A program made the translations under genes and the position numbers. From Octopus bimaculoides (taxonomy: Eukaryota): a DNA stretch of 61,156 bases. The stretch's first letter is position 1. Every line of letters starts with the position of its first letter. Below are positions 52,446 to 61,156 of this stretch, in pieces. The notes below the pieces were generated by a model. That model saw only the letters and a list, made by a program, of their open reading frames with translations, searched no databases and had not been told where the DNA came from. The DNA is taken from contig NC_068982.1 of NCBI RefSeq assembly GCF_001194135.2, positions 181,925,093 to 181,986,248 of the forward strand. The letters are read 5' to 3'.

Positions 52446-55400
52446 AGCACATAGACTATAATTCAGCTATCAAATATTATCACACATAGATGTTTTAAAT
52501 ATGTGAATTCTGGTAAGATTATGAGATAAATCAATGGTGTTTGAAAAGGCTAAATGATGTTAATTACTCAAATTATATTCTATTTCCACTACCTTTGGTG
52601 CAATCATATTCCAGACACATTCATCATGGAGAAAATATTACAACTATGAATATAAATTTGATTATAATTTTAGCAGATTTGCAAAGTCACACGAGTTAAA
52701 TAGAAAAATGTCCTTTTACACTATAAAAGGCATTTTAATATAAAATGATTTACGTACGATGAAAGTATTTATGAACCTAATGTAATTTTAATATAGCACG
52801 ATGGAAGTAGCACATAATTATACGTATATGCAGGTGTTTTGTTATTGATATCGTGTAATGATAATTCAATGTAATTAGCATTCAGTGTTTAGATAAATCT
52901 TGCTGTGTGGATTGTGTTTTAGTGAGAGGTGTGCAATGATTGATCATGATATGTAGTGCCAAATGCTCAACTATTGTAATATTTTCGGCAAATAAACAAA
53001 TAGCTAACATTTATTTAAATCATTCAATTCTTGTATAGGTTACATATGGCGTAACACACATCTCATTGGCAATTATACTTCCTACGTTATCTTTATTCAT
53101 CTCTCATCACTTTTAATTGAACTAGTTGTTATTCTTCTCTGAGTATACAGACCATGCTATAAATAATTCGCTTTCGTATTTGTTTTGCAAGATTCTGAAT
53201 GTAAACTTGTGCGTCAAAACTGATTTCGTTGTATTCCGGGATAATTATTATGCCTATAATAAACACTCGTGCTGGTTCTGTCTCACTTCGTTAGTTTTCT
53301 TCAGTTGGTTGGTTAAATATTTAGCCAATTAATGAATGATAAAGAAATAAAATTGAAATGTGTATGCGTAGGAAAAGGGAAATTTACGTTTGAGAGGTAT
53401 CTTATCTTACGTCTAACAGTTTAATAATCAAAACGTATTTTACTCTATATTTAGATTACGCAACTCCGATGTAAATAATTACAGAAAAAAATATTTTAAT
53501 ACTCAGACTGAAAATGTTAATTCTTACACATGTTCTTAGGTTTTGTATATGTTCTTATAAAATACATTGCATTTATTTTGCAAGAATTTTTATCTGAAAC
53601 TGTTCGGTGAAATCGATAGTGTTGTACGTTGGGAAGACAACGCAGCCAATAAAATGCATTTACAGCTTGTAGTTAGAATTTATTTATATTAACTAAGTTG
53701 TCTTACATATTTTGTCCCAATACATCAATTTTGACATCGATACAATTTTTTTTCAAGTGGTTTCGATGCTTTATATTAAGTATTTTAATTAATTGTGTTG
53801 TTTTGTTTTCATTGTATATATTTACCTCATTTCTTATTTCTATCGATGACACTTAAAGAACTGTGTGTAGTTTATGGTATATATGTTTGTTTTATGAGTG
53901 TGATTCAATTTAGTTTTCTTTTTTTGCGTTCTGTAAATACGGTGCTGCTGGTGAGGGTGTTGGATTTGGTATTCTACACACTTTTTATCGAATCTTTTTA
54001 GGGCGTCAGAATATTTTTCATGCACGTGTATTGCTTCTGTAAAGTGGAAAAAGCATTTTTTGTTTTTTCTGTTTTATTTCAGCTCTATGTATTGATCCAT
54101 TGTATTACTGAAGCGTATATTGGTAGAGTATGATTTCTCTTTTTTATAGTATATATGTAAAAATTCCCTATCCTTTCACATTCGTTTAAGGCTATCTCTC
54201 CTACATAAGATATTGTCACTATACATCAGTTCCATGCAACCTATGACGCACGCTCCATTAATAATTTTGCACTTTGTAGTTTGTTGTCCCACTCTTCAGT
54301 TATTGTTAGTAAGACTGGGGTCCTAAATGAATATAACTTTTAATGACAGGATTGCTAAGCCTATTTTATTCTATTACTTTGATTTTCTGTTCCATTTTGT
54401 GTCGCCCTTTCTGCAAAGCTCACAACAAGTTATATACTCCATAAAGGTAATTTGTTGTAATTTGTTCTTTTCTGATCATGAACCTTTCTCTTTTTTCTTC
54501 TTCGTTTCATTCTTACCCGTTTCAGATTCTATTTTGTGACAGTATTCATAACGTGTTTTCATTCTCTGCCGTTGTTTATTTCTTCATTCACCATGATGCC
54601 ATTGAACCTTCATTTTATTTGTTGTACATCAAAATATTCGTGAAAGGCTACTGAGTACAATGATTAGAGCGTGACTTAACTGACTGCGTGAAATGTAGAA
54701 AGGCGAGAGGATCAATAGGAAAGCAGGCAGCTCGAAGAACAACGGTTAATACAATAGCAGTACAAAATTGAGAGACAGGGATCAATCCACTTTTCGAGCA
54801 GATTCTTGATTAGCTCCGTTAGTAATTTAATACTAAACTGACAAGTAAGACTACGCTGGACGCTGTCCAGGATTTCTCAGTGTGTATTTGCTGTATCATG
54901 TTAGATGTGGGAGAATTTTCGTTTTCACGTGAGCCCGTCGAGCTGCAGGTGGCGTAAAAGTTCCTTAATCTTCTATCAAGTCGACGAGTAATCTTTACTT
55001 AACTACCTTAGATTTGCATGTCCAACGAACAAAAGCAACATTCCCTTATGGCGAATCCAGGCACAACAAATATGTGTATATATTCATGCATAAACCTATA
55101 TGCATGTATACATGAATATTTTAATGGAGATCTGGGTAAGTATNNNNNNNNNNNNNNNNNNNNNNNNNNNNNNNNNNNNNNNNNNNNNNNNNNNNNNNNN
55201 NNNNNNNNNNNNNNNNNNNNNNNNNNNNNNNNNNNNNNNNNNNNNNNNNNNNNNNNNNNNNNNNNNNNNNNNNNNNNNNNNNNNNNNNNNNNNNNNNNNN
55301 NNNNNNNNNNNNNNNNNNNNNNNNNNNNNNNNNNNNNNNNNNNNNNNNNNNNNNNNNNNNNNNNNNNNNNNNNNNNNNNNNNNNNNNNNNNNNNNNNNNN

Positions 55401-56783
55401 NNNNNNNNNNNNNNNNNNNNNNNNNNNNNNNNNNNNNNNNNNNNNNNNNNNNNNNNNNNNNNNNNNNNNNNNNNNNNNNNNNNNNNNNNNNNNNNNNNNN
55501 NNNNNNNNNNNNNNNNNNNNNNNNNNNNNNNNNNNNNNNNNNNNNNNNNNNNNNNNNNNNNNNNNNNNNNNNNNNNNNNNNNNNNNNNNNNNNNNNNNNN
55601 NNNNNNNNNNNNNNNNNNNNNNNNNNNNNNNNNNNNNNNNNNNNNNNNNNNNNNNNNNNNNNNNNNNNNNNNNNNNNNNNNNNNNNNNNNNNNNNNNNNN
55701 NNNNNTCCAACACCTTCATTCCTCAGAGCACGCATCCTTGCCCTGACAGCACATCCTTCGTGTTTATATATCATACAAGAGATGCCCTGGTTTCTCTCTT
55801 GGTTTGTACAAGTTAATGATAGAGTTACAAACTGTATCTGTGGGTACAGATTGCGCGCGGGTATATCGTTTACCGGAACCGAAACAGCTGTAAAAATCAT
55901 CCTTACTAATATAGGACTGAAATTTGTGAGAAGAGTGCTAGTTGTCTATATCGTCATCAGTGTTCCTCGGCCATTATTTTATAGATACCGAACGGACGTA
56001 ACGCGACGTTGACGCTAGTGAAAATTGAAAAAATAGTGCTCAGCCCTCAATCAGACAAGCAGGATTTAGCACTGAGGGTGAGAAACTATTCATTAAGATA
56101 CAGGAACTAAAATTAATACCACAGACTATCAAAATAGTATAGTAAAACTGAAACATTATTTATAGTTTATTGAGAAGCTGTGAAGAAAGCACAGGTGTTA
56201 CTCTGGATATTTATCTAATACGTCTACAAGCACGATGCGTCGCTGGTTATTTACAATTGACATTATGACATTAATTTTGAACGCCGAGAGAAATGAAGAC
56301 GCATCAGCATATGTAATTCATAGATGGATTAATGACTCACACAGAATGTCAAAACTAGAATACTCTTATATAATCCATTGCATATAGGAACGGAAATAGT
56401 ACCAACAACTAATCAGGAAGATCAAACCAACTTCTTTTTCTAACTTTCTGAGTCAATATTATAAGTTAACGTATTCTTAATTAAAGGAAATGCATACATT
56501 ATCCAATAAGATAACGTAACCGAGATAACTCGAATGTTTGAACTGAAATTAAAACAATCCTAATAAAAAATAATTACCGTAGTAGTGGTTACAAATATGC
56601 AGACAAACATGGATTAATGAAGTCATAGTAGTTAGGATGTGTGCATGGCTCATTATAACCAGTGCAAATAGGCATTACAGGCATATGTCCGACAGTGTTT
56701 TCATTTACATATACAAATAGAAAGTTTGAAAGGTTGCACCTATCGAGGCAGTGGGACGTACGCACACAATTAAAATTGCCAAA

Positions 56784-56841
<58 letters not shown>

Positions 56842-56844
56842 AAC

Positions 56845-56875
<31 letters not shown>

Positions 56876-56929
56876 CTGATGATGATGATGCTGATGACGA
56901 TGATGATGATGATGGTGATGATGATGATA
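56784..56929. repeat. (GAC)n(GAT)n compound microsatellite
   Basis: Direct reading; source of the poly-Asp and poly-Ser ORFs. Confidence 0.96.
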
Positions 56930-58089
56930 ACAGCAGCCGCATCAAAAAGAGTCGTCTAGGCTTGTCTAATAGAAGCACAGCTGTGAATGATTGAGACGTT
57001 TCTTACGAGAAACACGTCGTTATTGTACAAATAACTGTTTATAACTGTCAAGGGTCAACGAATGAAATCAGAAAATAATACAAGTATAAAGTTAATGTAT
57101 AACTAAATAACTCTGTCAGCGCTAAATTAAGATTAACGAGGTTAAAATTATTCCCCACCTGATATATTGAAGCCCCAGAAAATAGTGATAGCATACAAAC
57201 AAGATCCGTGTCACACGGCCCGAATTTCGATAGGAAGGAAATGCTTTGTATAAGGCATTTAAAGCTTATTGCAGACTATTCGTTGATAAAAACAAGTGTT
57301 ACTCGATGAAAATGTTTTCAATGTCTTTGAAGTCCTAGACATCAGATCTTAAGACTCTCAAATAAAACAGGAAATGTTTAAATAGACAAAGGAAGAATAC
57401 GCTTCTACTTTACTTTCTAAACAAAATTTGAGACTGCGACTATACGTCCGTGCGTAATTGATAAAAGAACCACGCCATAATCTCGAAAGAAATTTGAATC
57501 TCAACAGGCCAGTTACTTTAAGAAAATTCGGATTACAGCATTGGAAAATAATAATAAATGCATACGAATAGCAAACAAGAGAAATGCAATCATTGAGAAG
57601 AAAAGCAAAACGTTATAATATAGAATACATTCCTTTTAATGTAAACACAGATGTTGGACATTTCATGTGTAAAAAGAAAGAGGAAATACAGAAATGATTA
57701 ATGAAGGAAATCGATAGATGATCTACACATGGACAAAAAGAATAGAGGACAATGTTGAAGAGAGAAATAGAAAAACATAGAAAACTCGACGTAAACTTAA
57801 TGTAAACAGGCACGGATATCAGTATCACCGAGATGGTACAATAACTTGAGTAGCATACAGTAGTTACGAAAAGGAAAAGCAAACCAAACGTCGTTGGAAG
57901 CAAAATACAGTTCGGATGAGCAAGATAATATTTCCCCCTGCCTTAATAAAATCAATAGCAAACAGAAAAATTGAATTTCTACAGAGAAAAATAATATGCA
58001 CTAAAAGAAAGAAATGTCAGGAAGTAGAGAACGGTTGAAAATGGAAAGAAAATAGGATTGTGGACAGTGAAGTAATTACATACGTGTTT

Positions 58090-58870
58090 CCTTCTTTTCT
58101 TTCTGGGCAAAACCGAGCCAGAAATGCACTGTTAATTGAAATTCTGTTGCATGAGGGGACACCATAATTTTCCTAATACCGTCACTGTGATCGCACGTTT
58201 GCTGCTGATATCTTCGCCGCTGTCGGCACCGATAGTTTAACTCTTACATTGACGTAAACGTCATAGCTCAGTCGAGTTAGGTGTTGCTGTTTGTAATATT
58301 TATCAGACTGCCAATGCGTTGCCTGGTATATCTTGAAGATTTTTACCTGATGAATTTAAAAAGGTTACAGAGTCTTTGTCCTTTTCGATTTCTGTTAGGT
58401 GTATATTGAATTAAGTAGGGGAAGGAAAATGTTCCACAATGCAATCATGTAATGCGAGTTCCTTTTTTCTTTTTACAGAGCATATGTGATTGAGGCCTAG
58501 TTTTACGTAACATGAATAGTTTTGATGGAATATTTTCTGCATTGCACAAATTTAAGTAACATTGCTGGTCTTGAGATAGTTCCATCAATTGCTACATGTT
58601 GAATTCATTTTTATTAGGAATCATTTAATCCACTGCACTAGCTGTACTCTGACACCAGTGCTGGATAACTTCTTTAGACGGATACCGTGGCTAATGATAT
58701 TTTTGTGGGAGACATCTCAACGCGCATTTAGGATGCTATCATAATGTTGCTGCAGCCGTGTCCTGCTGTCTCTTCCACCACATAAACCTTGCTTTAAAAT
58801 GAGGAGTTACGATCGGACTGTAGTTCACACAAGCAAATTCTGTTCTCTTTTGCGAACAGGCATGAGAGCC
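58090..58870 (-). mobile_element. Possible decayed L1/Tx1-type ORF2 remnant (endonuclease-RT linker)
   Basis: Ordered loose matches: RFMWWK, AENIPSKLF..RK..KKGTRIT, KLWCPLMQQNFN..SGSVLP; many stops. Confidence 0.45.
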
Positions 58871-59006
58871 TGAGACAGAAAATGTACTGGAAAAAAATTC
58901 TCACGAGATGGAAGAGACCACCAAGGTGACATGCAAGTTGGCGCTACGTTCAGGATTCTAGCGGGAAGTTTACCTGGCTCAACAACACAGCCGAATTTAA
59001 TTTCTA

Positions 59007-59070
59007 GGCATACGCTCGCATTTATGGCATATGCTCACATTTAGGGCATGCTCGCATTTAGGGCATTTAG
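59007..59070. repeat. Short tandem repeat, unit ggcatatgctcgcatttag (19, 19, 17, 9 bp)
   Basis: Direct reading. Confidence 0.85.
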
Positions 59071-60514
59071 GATCCTGCTATATTCGTGCGGGCGGAGAGT
59101 GAAGTTATTGGTTTTTTTTTATCGATGCTTCGGAGTGTTTCTTGTTAAATCTCGTCCCGGTATTGAAACACTTCAAATTGGCATCAGATTTTTTTTGAAT
59201 TGTCTGCATTGGTGCAATGAAAGTGAGTTTTATTATCAGCATAAAAAACTACCTTTTTGTTGAAATTTGTAGGTGTTTTGAGAGAAATTTAATAAGATAT
59301 TCCGTAGTCTATTGATTTAGGTTGTGTTGTTGTACGGGTAGGTAAATTTTAGCTTGGGTTGATTTCATGGCTCCCCCACTAATTGGATTCAGAGGTGCTG
59401 TGATACTAGGTTTATTGTTGGTCTGAGGCGTTGAAGAATAGGACAAAATATGTTCAAATGGTTGGTTGTAATAGTAGTTGTATTTGATAGAAAGAGCTAT
59501 GTTTGATAAAGTTAGAGACAAAGACGACCATAACGACTACGAAAATGCCACAGAAAAGAAAAGAATATGCTGTAACAGTGTAGTAGCATAGGCAAACAAA
59601 AGATCGAAGGGATCAGAGCTAATTAGTAATTGTTCTTCTTTTGTTTTTTCTTACCAGAAAATAGTACCGTTGGGGCTTATTAATATGTTTAATGTAACAT
59701 ATGAATGTATCTTTTTATATGAAATTCAAGTGATTTCATATCTTACAGATCGATTGCTGAAAAGTGGGGCAGTTTTGGCAGCAATGTCATTGAATCATAA
59801 TTCATGAGTCCTCTGTGAAGGAGAGCCCGATCTAGCATTTACCTGTTTACTGCTTTCAGGCGTGGCGTCTCTTCGTCGCTCTGAAGTTGGTTTGTTCTGT
59901 TTATTTAGTATTAAGTTTACAATTTAACCTCTTTTAAATTATTTTGTTATTTTGAAGTTATTGTTAGCTTTATGTTTGTCTGTGTGTGTCAAACTAGATG
60001 AGTGCTTTGCATTATTTTGCTTAAATACTGCTTAAATACTGAAAAAGAAAACGAAGATTTGTCTGTGCAGTTTTATGAAACAGAGTATATTTTTTCTAGG
60101 AGAATATATGAAAATATTTACTTTACATTTGTCTGGAAAGCTGGGAAGTTTTATTCATACAGTGTGTGTGTATGTGTGTGTATATGTGTGCGTGCGTCTG
60201 TATGTGTGTATGTGGAAATAAAAGTATATTTCAATGCTTTCACATAAAGAAAATTTCGTAGTTAAATTATTCTGTACTTCCAAAATAATTTTGGATTTCT
60301 CAAATTTTAAAGGATGAAAGTACTTGAGAATTATTAATCACTTGAATCTTAAGTGAATCTTTTTTCTTGTGATAATGACATAAAGGATGTAACGAAAACA
60401 CATATATCCGGTCTACTTAGATTCAACTCATTATCTCTTTCTCCCTATCTCATAGCCCCTATATCCCTTCTCTCTCTCTCTCTGTACACATATATATATG
60501 TACACGTCACTAAA

Positions 60515-60606
60515 GTGACTGGCGGCAGTGGTTAGCACCAGTATTGCTACAATAAGAGTTTGAGTTATTTCTAGCAATACTGGTGCTCACTAGTCCCCTC
60601 AGTCAC
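60515..60606. ncRNA. Candidate pre-miRNA-like hairpin (strand undetermined)
   Basis: Perfect 16-bp stem 60534-49/60572-87, upper AATAA/TTATT stem, 9-nt loop, lower AGTG/CACT and basal GTGACTG/CAGTCAC. The structure is certain; miRNA status is unproven. Confidence 0.45.
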
Positions 60607-60669
60607 ATTAATGGCGTATATATTTCAGCCGTTCAGTTGGCTACCAAGCTACCCTTATTAGTTTATATA

Positions 60670-61156
60670 ATTTATATAAACTCGCGGGTCGGACACGGCG
60701 GAACAGTCGAGGACTAGGTGGCCCTCACACCCCAAGGAGATCCAGACTACAATGTAGGAGTAGCAACCGTAGATTGGATGGTCGTTTCGTCCGACTCACA
60801 CTCCGACCACGGCCGACAGAAAGGCAGACGGTCGGCCGGCGGTCGGCCGGCGGTCGCCTCGCCGTTCACCCCGACGGTAACCGCCGCGTACCCGCAGAGT
60901 CGATCGGAAGTGGCCGAATTCAGAACGGCTACAAGGCGGCGGAGTTCCGTCGGCGAAGAGTAGCGCTGTCGGCTAGGCGGCGAGACCGTCCGCGAGTGTG
61001 TTTGTGTGTGCGTATGTGTGTTACGCACGCTAGGACACGCGGCCTAGGCGGTGGACGGACGAGAAACAGGCCGAGCGAGTCGCGGCAGAGAGAAGGAAGC
61101 CAGCAAGCGACTAGCAGCGATTGTGAGCCGAGCAAAGCGACGGAAGACGTATCAGC
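60670..61156. promoter_or_regulatory. CpG-rich island-like region, probable promoter/5' UTR
   Basis: Abrupt shift to GC- and CpG-rich sequence in an AT-rich window; TATATAAA near 60674, ETS-like CGGAAGT near 60905, minus-strand GTGAGT donor at 60799-60794. Confidence 0.65.

Noticed and set aside
56589-56994. Poly-Asp / poly-Ser ORFs
   Set aside because: Explained by the (GAC)n(GAT)n microsatellite; flanking peptides are not recognisable.
59856-59881. Plus-strand 26-nt micro-exon between ctttcAG and GTTGGT
   Set aside because: Weak donor; too short to evaluate without RNA data.
60718-61135. Three short ORFs in the GC-rich end
   Set aside because: Non-ATG starts; GC-rich DNA lacks stops by chance; no recognisable domain.

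Overview
AT-rich, microsatellite-dense eukaryotic scaffold with 8 N-gaps. The SINE families and repeat landscape suggest a cephalopod such as Octopus (inference from recalled repeat consensus sequences, not a search). I cannot support any intact protein-coding gene; most entries in the ORF track are read-throughs of microsatellites or gaps. The window is a patchwork of decayed mobile DNA: several tRNA-derived SINE families, an APE-type LINE piece, RLE-type (R4/Dong-like) LINE pieces, Penelope-like pieces including hammerhead-ribozyme cores, a Helitron helicase 3' end and a DD41D Tc1/mariner element split by a SINE. Structures these features do not explain are a near-perfect 135-bp inverted repeat pair enclosing 2.9 kb of host-like DNA (12590-15788), a 1.9-kb foldback-like palindrome (3798-5659), a 92-nt hairpin with pri-miRNA geometry (60515-60606), and a CpG-rich promoter/first-exon-like region at the right edge (60670-61156).
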